Shown here: positions 1-12,569 of the stretch, piece by piece
How positions within the stretch are numbered: the stretch's first letter is position 1
How the letters are laid out: each line of letters starts with the position of its first letter
From: Paramoeba atlantica
Lineage: Eukaryota; Protista; Discosea
Assembly: GCA_977017575.1 (NCBI GenBank)
Contig: CDRNVI010000208.1
Coordinates: 1-22,852, forward strand
DNA length: 22,852 nucleotides
Direction: 5' to 3'
Program-made: the position numbers and the translations under genes
The notes under the pieces: generated by a model
The model's database searches: none
Seen by the model: only the letters and a program-made list of their open reading frames with translations
What the model was told of the DNA's origin: nothing

Positions 1-188
1 GAAGACAGAAAAAAAGACGGACAACCATAAATTCCCTTTTTTTAGGATTTTTAGGATTTCACAGAATTTATTATTTTGAACTGCAACACATAGGTTTTGC
101 ACCTCAAAAAATCAAAAAAAAAAGAGAAAATGAAAACAGAAAAGAGAGAAAAGAGAGAAAAGAGAGAATTTTTCTTTCAAGAAGTGAT

Positions 189-692
189 ATGAATAGAGGA
201 ATACCTGGAAGAGGGAGAGGAATACCTGGAAGAGGAAGAGCAATGCCAATACCGGTCATGGTTAAACCGGCCAAGAGAGACAATTTTTCTTCAAGAAGAG
301 AGGTGGAGAATATCCAACCTGTTGATATCAGACCAACTCAACCTATCACCCCAATTGTATGTAGACCCTTTACCATTTGTGGAAGTATACCAACAGTCGA
401 ACCTGTCATGGTTAAACCGGCCAAGAAAGAGAAAGAGAAAGAGAAAGAGAAAGAGAAAGAGAAAGAGAAAGAGAAACAAGATGAAAAATTGAATGAAATT
501 GAAATTGAGAATTTCGAGATGGATATCCAACCTTATCTCAGCCCAATCATATGTAGTCGAAAACCTTGTGGAAGTGGAGTACCAAGAGTTGAACCAGTCA
601 TGGTTAAACCGGCCAAGAAAGAGAAAGAGAAAGAGAAAGAGAAAGAAAAACAAAATGAAGAATTTAATGAATTTGAAATTGAGAACTTTTGA
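189..692 (+). CDS. Repetitive low-complexity hypothetical protein (3x PVMVKPAK, KE runs); may be partial or a pseudogene
   Basis: 167-aa ORF. GTCATGGTTAAACCGGCCAAGA occurs at 255, 405 and 597, and (AAAGAG)n tracts encode KEKEKE. No recognisable domain. Confidence 0.4.
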   Translation: MNRGIPGRGRGIPGRGRAMPIPVMVKPAKRDNFSSRREVENIQPVDIRPTQPITPIVCRPFTICGSIPTVEPVMVKPAKKEKEKEKEKEKEKEKEKQDEKLNEIEIENFEMDIQPYLSPIICSRKPCGSGVPRVEPVMVKPAKKEKEKEKEKEKQNEEFNEFEIENF

Positions 693-1807
693 GAAAGGAA
701 TTCTTGAGAATTTTTGAGGTTTTTCTTTCTTTTTTTTTTTTTTTTTTTCTTTTTCTTTTTTTCTTCTTTTCCTTTTATAATATCCATTATGAAGTTGAAC
801 AGCAACTAATTTTTGTATCAGTGTCATCACATTATCCATATAAAAAAGGAAAAATCACACCCCCCCCTCTCAAAAAAATAATGAGCTTCTCTTTCTCCTC
901 TCTCTCTTCCATTTTACGATCGCCAATTCAACCTCCCACAGCCATCCATATGCATCAATTCTTCCAAGACAATCCTGATACAAACCTTGTTTTTGGCATT
1001 GTCTTCTTGTTCAATATTGCCATTCCTCTCCAATTGATCACCACACTTTCTCTTTGTTTTCATTCCCCACTTTTCTGTTGTATTTTTTATCTTTTATCTT
1101 TTATTTTCTTTTTTTATCTTTTCCTTTTGATTTGATTTTGTCTTTGTTTTGACACTCATTTATTTTCCTTTTTGTCTCTGTCATGTCCTCATCTCAACTC
1201 TGTGTTTCACTACCCTCCACATTCTCTCTCTTTTGTTCAAATGTTCTTCTTGTGTGTGTTTGTTTTCTTGAATAAAAACCACATATTTTTTGATTTGATT
1301 TTTTGAATTATTGACTTTTTTGATTTGTTTGTTCTGGAGAGATCTTATTGATGATTGTGTGATAGATCCAAATTGATTAGGCACACCTGGTTTTGTTGCA
1401 AAAGCATGAATTAGAGAGGAAAAAAAAAGAAACAAAAAACAGGAGACAAACAAACAGTACAGAGTGGCGCATCTCTACTACTAATACAAACTTCTAATGA
1501 AGTTAACTCTTTATTCAAACACAAAACTCTCAACAAAAAGCTAACAGTTTTTTTTGAAGCTAATTTTATAGTTTGTCCTGACAATCAAGAAAATAAATAA
1601 TCAGGCACGAAAGTGCTTTTTATGTGCAGAAAGTGCTCAGATTCATTTGATCATCGCATTCTTTGAAGATGCACTGGGACGCGTTTCACCCTTTTCTTTT
1701 TCACGCTTCTTCAGCTTCTTGCTCTCTGCATCTTGTGCTCTTTGCGCTCTTTTCTTTCGCTTTTTTCCTCCTCTCTTCTTCTTTTTTGGTCCTTATCTTT
1801 TGTGAAG

Positions 1808-3208
<1,401 letters not shown>

Positions 3209-3290
3209 GGGGGTTCAAGATACAATTGTCTGAATTTCCTATCTTTTGTTGCAGTGTGTATTCTTGTGGCTGGTTGCCACAGAAAATATT

Positions 3291-5564
3291 ATGGAAACCT
3301 CTTCACCCAGTGTAAAGGAAGGAGAGGGAATTCCTGCCAGAAACGCCTGGTCAGGACGAGCGGATAGTGAATCATTTGCTCAAGTTGTAAAAAAAAGTGA
3401 AAGAAAGAAAAGACCTCTCGAAACCAAGGAAGGCTTTCCAGCCTCTAAAGGTCTCAGCGATGTGTTACACGAAATTGATCGGAACAATGTCAGACTATAC
3501 CAAGGTTTAGTCGTGTGCCTGAACCCAAAAACTGTTGTTGGAGCCAAGTCGAGACCAACAAAGTTAGTGGGATCACTGGATTTTAGACCAAGACTTCCCA
3601 ACTTCAACGAGGTTATCAAAGCGATTGAAAATGTGACTTCTCTTAAAGGGAAGATTTTTGTGAACGTCAAGCAGGGCCATTTTGTGATCTCAGCGCTCGA
3701 GAACATGGATGCTGCCAGTGTAGAAAAAGAGTTTTTGAGCAAAGGTGACGAATTGGCAAAAAAACTCAAGAAATCCTTTGTCTGGAGGAACAACAAGGAC
3801 GCAAAATTGTGGAGGCTCAAAATCAGGGTTCCCTTCGAAGCCGAGGGCGTGGAGTGGATCCAGAATCTTTTTGCTGGCCCAAATTCTCTTCCGAGACATA
3901 ATTTGAAGGAAGTAGTTCAAATTACCCAAAATTGTATTGTTTTGGTTTACAACCAAATTCCCATTAACCTTGTCCGTCTCATCGCCCACACCAAGGGGTG
4001 GTTGGGGATTAGCGATACTCAAGCTCGAGTTTCTGTTTGGACCCCAGCGAGGCCCTTTGATAAAGTGGTGAAATGCCCCACTTGCCAAATTAACCATCCT
4101 GCTTGTTTGGATTGTTTATTTGAAATTTTACAAAAAAAGGATCCAAGTGAAGTTGGCAATATGGCAAGAATGGAAATGTACTTGATCAACACCCGCAACC
4201 CCAAAGGAGTTAAGATAAGAAAACAAGCTGCCAGAGATGGTGTGCAATTTAACTTCGTCTCGCCTGAAGGAGTCCCCTCATCCTGTGCCCCCCTCGGTAA
4301 AACTGGTGAGCCTATGGTGGTGGGTCCTGAGAGAATAGATCAAACTCCCCCCAAGTCACAAGCTTCTAAGCCTGCTGAAGGTCTCTCCCCCATTGGTGTT
4401 AAAAAAGATGGCTCAAATTTACCTGTGCGTAATGCTGGTGGCCAAGGGTTGGTGTCTCGTTCACCTAATGTTATTCCTGCTGAACCTACCCCTCCAAAGG
4501 GCCCCCTTCCTGTGAAGAAGAGCCATGAAGTTGTACCCAATAACTTCAAAGTACCTTCTTCCACAACTAAGGGATCAGCTGTCCAAAGGAGTTCCTCTGT
4601 GGGTCCAGTCAAGCGTGATGCTGCAGCTCTGAGTAAGACGAGTTCGTTTTCTCCCATCAAGACCAAAACCCCGTCAAAAATTAAAACAATAAATGGGAGC
4701 AGCAAACAAGGTAGTGGATTCTCAGTGCCCCCCATATTGCCAGCCCAGCGACCACAAGCGCAACCAAAAAAGAAGAGTACCCGGACATCGGTGAACACAT
4801 GTTCCAACCCAGTAGTCTCTTCCTTTAAGTCTGCTTCTTCACCAAAAGAGACTGTGGGCAAGTCAAGAAATTGCGCTGATTCTGTGATCCAGAAGAAGGA
4901 GAACAGAAGAAGCCAACCTGTTTCTGGCCCTACTCCCATCTTCATCAACGAAGAAGATTTACCGGTCGAAAATGGATTGGTGGAGGAACCTGACAATAGA
5001 AGGGAGGCGAAATCAATGTTAAAGAAATTGAACCTGAACATCGAATGGGCAAGCGCAACCGAGGATTTTGGAAGAGTTTATGAGGGGTTGGAGAATGGCT
5101 CAATTTTCCCAGAGGATAGGAGATTAAGGCGTCAAGCTTTCTATTTGGTTGAGTACCTTATGAAGACAGGATGCACCAAGAGGAAGAAGGGCAGATCAGA
5201 AGAGGTGATTAATGTTAGAGTAGGGTGGGAGAAAGGAAAGAATGAGAGTGAAGAGGAAAAGGGAAAAATATCACAAAAGAAAAGAAAAATCGTACAAGAA
5301 AAGGAAAGCGGGGAAAGAAAGCTGGTGAATTTTCCAAATGAGGAAGGGGTGGGTGTTGTTCATCCACTTATGAAAAAACCCAAGGAAAGAGGCAGTGGTG
5401 TCCAAGACGGTGTCCCCTTTTCCTTTTCGTTTGAAGGGTCAGATATGAGAGTGAAAGGAGAAGAGGAGGAAGAGGGGGATGCTATGGAGATCGAAATGAA
5501 CGAGGAGTTTGCCAGAACAACCCAAGCAAGGAGAGAGAGTGAGGGAGGGAAGTCAGTCATTTAA
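3291..5564 (+). CDS. LINE ORF1 (gag-like nucleic-acid-binding protein)
   Basis: Uninterrupted ORF. The track starts at TTG 3246 and the first ATG is at 3291. It has an N-terminal SFAQVVKK motif typical of LINE ORF1 proteins, a Cys/His cluster CPTCQINHPACLDC (4074-4115), and a long S/P/K-rich disordered region. It lies directly upstream of an APE-RT ORF. Confidence 0.75.
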   Translation: METSSPSVKEGEGIPARNAWSGRADSESFAQVVKKSERKKRPLETKEGFPASKGLSDVLHEIDRNNVRLYQGLVVCLNPKTVVGAKSRPTKLVGSLDFRPRLPNFNEVIKAIENVTSLKGKIFVNVKQGHFVISALENMDAASVEKEFLSKGDELAKKLKKSFVWRNNKDAKLWRLKIRVPFEAEGVEWIQNLFAGPNSLPRHNLKEVVQITQNCIVLVYNQIPINLVRLIAHTKGWLGISDTQARVSVWTPARPFDKVVKCPTCQINHPACLDCLFEILQKKDPSEVGNMARMEMYLINTRNPKGVKIRKQAARDGVQFNFVSPEGVPSSCAPLGKTGEPMVVGPERIDQTPPKSQASKPAEGLSPIGVKKDGSNLPVRNAGGQGLVSRSPNVIPAEPTPPKGPLPVKKSHEVVPNNFKVPSSTTKGSAVQRSSSVGPVKRDAAALSKTSSFSPIKTKTPSKIKTINGSSKQGSGFSVPPILPAQRPQAQPKKKSTRTSVNTCSNPVVSSFKSASSPKETVGKSRNCADSVIQKKENRRSQPVSGPTPIFINEEDLPVENGLVEEPDNRREAKSMLKKLNLNIEWASATEDFGRVYEGLENGSIFPEDRRLRRQAFYLVEYLMKTGCTKRKKGRSEEVINVRVGWEKGKNESEEEKGKISQKKRKIVQEKESGERKLVNFPNEEGVGVVHPLMKKPKERGSGVQDGVPFSFSFEGSDMRVKGEEEEEGDAMEIEMNEEFARTTQARRESEGGKSVI

Positions 5565-5645
5565 AAAAAAAAAAAATACAAAAACACAAAAACACAAAAA
5601 CACAAAAACACAAAAACACAAAAAAAAAAAAAAAACAAACAAACG
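5565..5645 (+). repeat. A/C-only inter-ORF spacer with (AAAACAC)n-like microsatellite
   Basis: 81 nt between the ORF1 TAA and the ORF2 ATG, containing a single T and a single G. Confidence 0.85.
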
Positions 5646-8600
5646 ATGACTAAACTCAGGAAGAAGAAGAATAAGAAGAGAAAGGAAAAGGGATTGGTGG
5701 ATATTAGAAGTAGCTTTGGTGTGGGCCCCCAGGTAGCCCCTCCCCTGACAACAAACTTGCCTAATGTATCCCAGTCAGAGTGCCTCCCATCAGGTCCTCC
5801 GAGTGAGCCAAGAGTTGACCCCCGTGATAGGTCCTCAGCTAATTTAAGTGAAAGTGATGAACGTAGGTTTCCTGATGCACGTGTTATCTCCTGGAACATG
5901 AATGGGATTCAAAATTTCGAAAAATTGAGAACCCTTCGGAAGATGGCTGGGAGTTGTCGGCCTCTTTTCATTTTGATTCAAGAATCTCACTCTGATTTTG
6001 AATGCGACCTCAATCTCATCAGGAACCAATTGAGGAAGTATATCTGGTTGAGAGACAACTCCTCTGGGAAGAGGAGGGGTCTGCTCATTGGAGTTAGGCG
6101 GATGGAGGGGGTGAAAGAGATCTCTCCCTGTTTCTTTGACCAGACCGTGAGTGGATTATTTGGTGTCCATGTGACTATTGGATCGACGAACTATTCTGTC
6201 CTGAATATATACCGTCACCCTGACCTCAAAGTAGCCACCATCTCGCAGGAGGCCGCTCGTTTTTTCGGCCAGAACCTCAGGAGCATAAATATCTTTGGGG
6301 GTGATTTCAATTGGGATGTGAAGGAAAAACAGATGGGGGAAATTGAAAAGTGTTGTGCTTCTCTCTGTATGTCACGCTTGAAATGGGATGAACCCACCCA
6401 TTATAAAGGGAGGTGTATCAACCATATCTTCTTCTCATCCAAGGCTCCATTAAAATGCTTGTTTATCAATGCCATCCCATCCGGCTTTAAAGATCATGCA
6501 CTGCTGATTGGAGGATCCTCGTTTAAGGAATGGGAGATTCGGGCAAATAAGAAATCCATCCCTGAGTATCTGATTAATGACCATGGGTTCATCAACACTC
6601 TTATTGAGAGGATGGGTACCTTCTCCGAGGGTGATGATCCCAATGAGTTTTTGACCAGATTTAAGACCACAGCTTGGGAATTAGTTCCCTACTGGAGAGA
6701 AAGAAACACTGAGGTGGCATTGTTTAGAGAACTGTGGAAGATCCACTCTCTTGTAAGATCCCTTCACAATTCTCGCATTCTTAGGAAATCTACTGTCCAG
6801 AGGCCATACTCTTCCCTTGAAATGGGTCTGTTGGACCAGGCCTCCCTTGGTTGGAAAGGTCCGAAGGAAGGGAAGTCGTGGAGGAGAGGAATAATCCCCA
6901 GAATGATTTCTGCAGTGCTCAAGAAGATTGAATGCATTGAAGGACAGTTGGGGATCTTTATTGACAGTCACCCTGCGAGGCCTAAAGCGAGATCATCCCC
7001 AAGGGTTAAAGGAATTGTTGTGGATGGGGTCATTTCCAGAGATAATGGTGTGGTCCAGAAAGCAATTAAAGAATTTTGGGGGAATCTATTGGGCTCAGTG
7101 AGGCCATACAACAAGGACTCCCTCCAAAAGCTGATTGAAAACCATAAACCTCGGTTTCCTAAGGTGGATTACCATGTTGTTGATGGGGCCAAGGTTGATA
7201 AACTGCTGTGACGGTGCAATAATTCAAGTGCTGGCCCAGATGGTATCCCCTTTGCTCTCTACAGAGTGACAAGCGAACAGCTGTGTGATATGTGGTGTGA
7301 ACTTATCCAGAGAGCTGGGGAATCAATGGATTTCCCTGAGTCGTTTGGGGAGAGTCAGCTTGTGTTACTACCTAAGATTGAGAATATTCCTCGTCCTGAC
7401 CAATTTCGACCAATAAGTATTACCAATTCTGATTATTGGATTGTGATGAGATATTGGGCCAAATGGCTGATGGAGTGTGCCAGAGAGGTGATTTCCCCAG
7501 AACAAAATGCTATATTTGCTGGAAGGTCCATTGATAATGCAGTGGAATCGATACATGATGGGTTTATGGAAGCGGTAGCGGAGGGCAAAGATGTGACCAT
7601 CTTCCAAACTGATTTCTGTAAGGCCTATGACTATGTTAACCGTGAAGCCCTTATGGAGTTGCTGATTGGGTTGAATGCTCCACCCCAAGCCCTTGAAGTT
7701 GTATCTAAAGTTCTGCGAGAGTCAGATACATGGCTCCCAACTGTAGGATCAAATGATAAGACACAGAAGGAAGCCATCAAGAGCCGGACTGGTGTGCGAC
7801 AAGGCTGCCCCATTTCACCTCTTCTGTTCATTATTCTTTTTGATGTTTTATTGGTTAGTTTGAACAATGGGGGTGACCTTGAGAAGCTTGCTGGGTTCAT
7901 GGATGACTTAGCCCTTCTCCTTCACAGGGTTCAGTCCATAAATTCCTTGACCTCAACCTTCCAAGAATATGAACAAGGAACCAGGGCCAAACTCAACTAC
8001 AACAAATGCTTTGTATTGTCAACTGAAAAATTCGCTCCTGTGGGCCCTTGGGTTGAAATGCCTTCAGCTAATTATTTGGGAGAGGAGACTGTATACTTGG
8101 GAGTTACAATTTCTTGAAGAATGAACCCAACTAAAGACTGGGAAGGGGTGATCAAGAAAATGCAGAAGGTTGGAACAGCAATTAAGCAAAGGAAAGGCAG
8201 CTTCAAGGAGAGAGTCCGGATGATCAATACTTACCTTATTCCTTGTATGGGTTATTTGGCAAGATTCAAGCTTATCTCGAAAGCTGTCTCCTCAAAGATG
8301 TGGAAGGCCATTCGTTCAGCCTTAGGCACATATGCAAATCTAAAGTCCTGTGTAATGACCTCCCTTCGTCCCCCCTTCTTTGAAAAACCCCAAGTTAGAC
8401 ACCCTATTCTGTTTAACTGGGCTCTGCTGATATCGAGGAAACCTCTCCAAGATCATTATAGGAATCCATTGTCCATTGGGGCCATGAGGATTGATGCTTT
8501 GGAAGCTAGTGGCACTATCTCAGAACAAGTGAGGATGGGCTCCAAAACCAAGAGATCCTTCTCTCTCCTCTCTCGGAACATTTCTGTGGGAGTGGAGAAT

Positions 8601-9839
8601 TTCTATGTGGGGGATGGGTGCTTGAAATGTGTGATCTATAATTTGTCTCTTCCACAAAGACCCCAGATTAAGCGGAACCTTTTGAAATTCTTTTTGAGGG
8701 GTCTTCCAACTGTGGATAAGATTGCCCATTTTACATCTGTGAGTCCACTTTGTCGGCTGTGTAGGAAAGCCAAAGAGTCAAGGGTGCACCTCCTTGAAGA
8801 ATGTCTGAAAGCTAAGGCAATTTTGAAAACTATTGGGAGGAGATGCTTTGTTTTAAAGATTCCTGGGTGGGAGAGTGCCGACTTTGTGTGTGGATTTATG
8901 AACCAGTATCTAAAGAAGGCTGAAGCATCTGCAGTGAGTGCAGCCCTATTGAGCTTGTGGATCACTGTATGTGCAGAAGGATCGAAGTCCCCAAGCTTTG
9001 CTGTTAAAATTTTTGATGAAATTGCTAAGACAAACAAGATGATCCCCAAACAAACTATAAGAAAGGCTCCCCCCAAAGGTAAAAGAGAAGTGAAACAACC
9101 AAAGTTCAAGTACCCTGCCTTGCAAGTGTTTTATGATGGCTCTGGGCATGTAGACCCCCACATCGGGGGATCTGGGTATGTGATTATTAAGGAAGGTTTG
9201 GAGGTTGGAGGTGGATTTGAAACAATCCCACTAGGCTCAAATAACTTGGGTGAGTTTTCGGGATGCTTAGCTGGTCTACAACAAGTTATTGGCTTTGGGC
9301 AACGTGTAGAGATGGTGGGAGATTGTAAAATTCTGACTGAGGCAGTGCCTAAGACGAAACCGATTGATAACTTTGAGCTCAATGAGATCCTATCTGAGAT
9401 CAGAAATATTGCTGAGAGTAAATTTGCCAAAGTGGAGTACACTCATGTGTATCACGAATTCAACAAGAAATCAGATGCGATTGCAACGGCAGCAAGTCAC
9501 TCTGAAGAGGATGGAATGGAAGCTGTGTTTGATAGGAACTGGGATCCAAGATCGAAACAACTAGCAACAACCAGTGAGGAATGGATTATTGAGAATTCCA
9601 AGCTGTGGAAGTGGGTGATGGAACCGTTGGATTTGGATTGAAGCTTCCTTGTGAAGAAAGTTCAGTTTAAGAGGAGGTTTAAGGACAAGGTGATTACAAC
9701 TAATAATGTTTACTTCCCAGTACAAGCTGCACTGGATGGGGTGATGATTTCTCCTGTGTTCATTTCAGATGATATTGTCAAGTGGTTTCCAGAAAGAGCC
9801 ACCACATTCGATTTTTCAAAAATCGCGCACTTTTTTTGA
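5646..9839 (+). pseudogene. LINE ORF2: AP endonuclease + reverse transcriptase + CCHC zinc finger + C-terminal RNase H, interrupted by 3 in-frame TGA
   Basis: ORFs 5646, 7266, 8121 and 9651 share one frame, with TGA at 7209, 8115 and 9639. APE motifs ISWNMNG, IQESH, GGDFN, DHALL (~5883-6515). RT motifs AGPDGI, FRPISITNSD, DFCKAYD, GVRQGCPISPLLF, FMDD, YLGV (~7230-8110). CRLC-x7-H-x4-C (8751-8803). RNase H motifs FYDGS, NNLGEF, GDC, NKKSDAIA (~9123-9500). Confidence 0.92.
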
Positions 9840-12569
9840 GTCCCTATTTTGGACGGCGTTTGCGTTCTTGTGTTTTCTCGTGTTTTTCTTTTGTGCTTCT
9901 CTTCGCTTCTGCCATCCACTTTTTTGGTCTTTGTTTGAAGTCTTTTCAAGGTTTGTTTTTTGATTTTGATTCATTTTTTGATGTTCTTTGAAATAATGTA
10001 TTTTTAAAGAACCAAAAAAACAACTTTTATGGGAGAAATGTTGAAAAGTGTTAAAAAAGTGTTGGTCAAACTGCCAATATCTCCCCTTGAAAGAGAAGAT
10101 GTCCTTTTCTATTTTGGTTCTACTTTTTTCTCCATATTCTAAAGTCTAAGAATAAATAGATCGGGCAATTTTTTGAAAATGGGCACACCCGAATCTCACA
10201 GAAACACCAAAAAGATTTTTGGAAAGAGATCAAAAAGATTAAAAAAGTCAAAAGGACAAAACAACCTGGTTTAACTTTCTTTTTAAATGACAATTTTTCA
10301 ATTTTTCTTCCGAACAAAAATAGAACAACTTCCAATCATCAACACTTCTGTTATTCATGAAAAACAATGGGAAAGGAGAGCTTTTACATCTCAAATCAAG
10401 AGGAAAACAGAAGAGATTACAAACTTTAAAGTGGTTTATCTCTTCGAAGGTATGAAGGAACACAGATTAAAGAGGATAAACCTTTTGAAACACTGAACTT
10501 GAACTTTTGAAAAGTTCAAGTCCAGCATTTCAAAAAGACTGATTCAAGAACTCGTTCATTGTCTGCCCATTGGGAAGCGAGTTGTGAAGAAAGCGATTCG
10601 AAAAGGTTAATTCATTTTTTTTTTGTGTGTGTTTTGAAGGATTATAATTTCTTAAAATTTAATAAATAGACTTTCAAAACCTCGAGAAATCTGATGATTT
10701 GAAACAAGCACAGTTTGTGAATATGATGATGAATAATATGGGTTACTAAAAAATCCAAATGATGTGATGATATTTCAGTAAGTCTTAGATCCTTTGTCTA
10801 GGGAGCCAATACACTTGAAATCACCAGAGTTTGAAATTCCATTTCCAAAACTTCCTGCTCCAAAGCCGGCGATGGATTTTGGGGAGAAACTGTTGCTGGT
10901 TTGGTTTTAAAATAAGTTCTCAACAACAATAGTGCTTTTTCCTGGTTTCCTTGTTAAAATAATGTGGTTGTCCTAGTTTTGAATAATCCATTGGTTTTGA
11001 GAGTCCATGTGAACCACTTGCTTTCTTTCAACTCATTCTTCCAACAATTTTAGAAACCTGTATTGTGTGGATTCAAAAAAGATATTTTTAAAAATGATAA
11101 GAATAATAAAATAAAAAAAGAAAAGAAAAAAGAGGAAGGAGAAAAAAGGAAAAAAAAAGAGAGAATAAAAAGGAAGAATAAAAAGGAAGAAAAAAAAAGA
11201 AAGAAAAAAAGGGGAGAAAAACGAAAGAAAAAAAAGAAAAAAAAAGAAAAACAAGATGATCAAACGGAAACACAACCTTCTCTTCAAGCACTTTCCAAGA
11301 CACCAAACTCTTATTTGTTTTTACAAGTTCTCATACAGTCGAAAAACAAAAATGATCAAATAATAAAGGTGAAGGAGGAGAGAGAGAGTAGAATAACTAT
11401 CCTTAGATGGCTCTGAAAAACGAACAGGAGGAAACAATAACATCGAGAGAGGAAAAGGGTTTTTTGGTGATAATGTCCATGAAGAAGAAAACAAAGAATC
11501 ATGGGGAATTGGTTGACAGAGCAAGAGTTCCATTTTTAATCTCCTTCTTTTCTTTTTTTGTGATTGAATTCATTTTTTTCTTTTGAGATTGAATCTGGCA
11601 AGCATTTTGAAAAAAGAATCAAAAATTTGAAAGAAAAAAAAGCAAAAAAATTAGCAATTTTCGTCTTGGATTCTTTTCAGATTACTTTTTTTCTTTTTTT
11701 TTATTCGAAAAATACAGCCAAAACGATTTAGTTCAAGTCCTTTGTTTTTTTTTCTTTTTTTTTCTTCTTGTTTTTTGTTTTTCTCTCAAATGTCTAAATA
11801 AACTGCTCACTCTGTTTGGACCTGAACTCCTTCTCGAAGACTCTTTCAACAAAGATTTTTGCTTGATTGAAGAATTTTGGCTCTCAATTGCTTGTGGGAC
11901 AGTTCTTCATCGTGACAAAAAAGATATTGGGCTTTCTCTTCTCTTTTATTTAGGATGGGAAAATACACCAAGTTTTGAGCTAACCAAGTTGGGTTACATT
12001 TGGAAACACAGTTTTTGAAAAATGAAAATGGATTTTGAATTATGGGTGCTGGGTTTGTGTATCTGATATCTGAAAAAAAAACACAAAATTACCACCTTAA
12101 CAACCATCAAAAAGTTGCTTACGACACCTTTAAACACCGAATTGCTACCAAAAAAAATGGGCCCGAACTTTATTTTTAAAATTCGCATTTTCTCAAAAAT
12201 CGGATGCGGTGAGCTGCACCTGGAGAGATGTTAGAAAGTTTTGTTGAAAAAAAAAACCGTAAATGGAGAGAGGAGTATGAGCAAGCAAGAAACTGTTGGT
12301 TGAAGAGTGCAATGAGACCTTCCATTGTAAGGAAGATTATTAGGCCTATTAAGGCTGTTGAGAAGAAAAGAATTTTGAAAGAGATTTGAATGAGAAATAG
12401 AAAGAAACATTAGAGCTTTTGGCCACTAAGTTGGCGCTGAAGTGGGTTGATCCTACTTGATTATAACAATTTAATTTAAGTGTATTCTTGGATGTCCAGA
12501 TTACACTTCATTTCAATAAATGGCATCTCTGATGTCTAAAATTAAAAAAAAAAAAAAAGATATTCTAAC

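Noticed and set aside
41-59. TTTTAGGA x2 as an interstitial telomere
   Set aside because: Two imperfect copies in T-rich DNA are expected by chance.
3380-9442. Antisense ORFs within the LINE (3380..3820, 4340..5041, 8636..9109 and others)
   Set aside because: They are shadow frames of the + strand coding sequence with no independent motifs.
5646-9839. Host-wide alternative genetic code (UGA=Trp or UAR=Gln) or selenocysteine
   Set aside because: Trp is TGG and Gln is CAR throughout the long ORFs, TGA is rare, and the CGA/CAA/TGA triad at 12651-12677 explains TGA by CpG decay.
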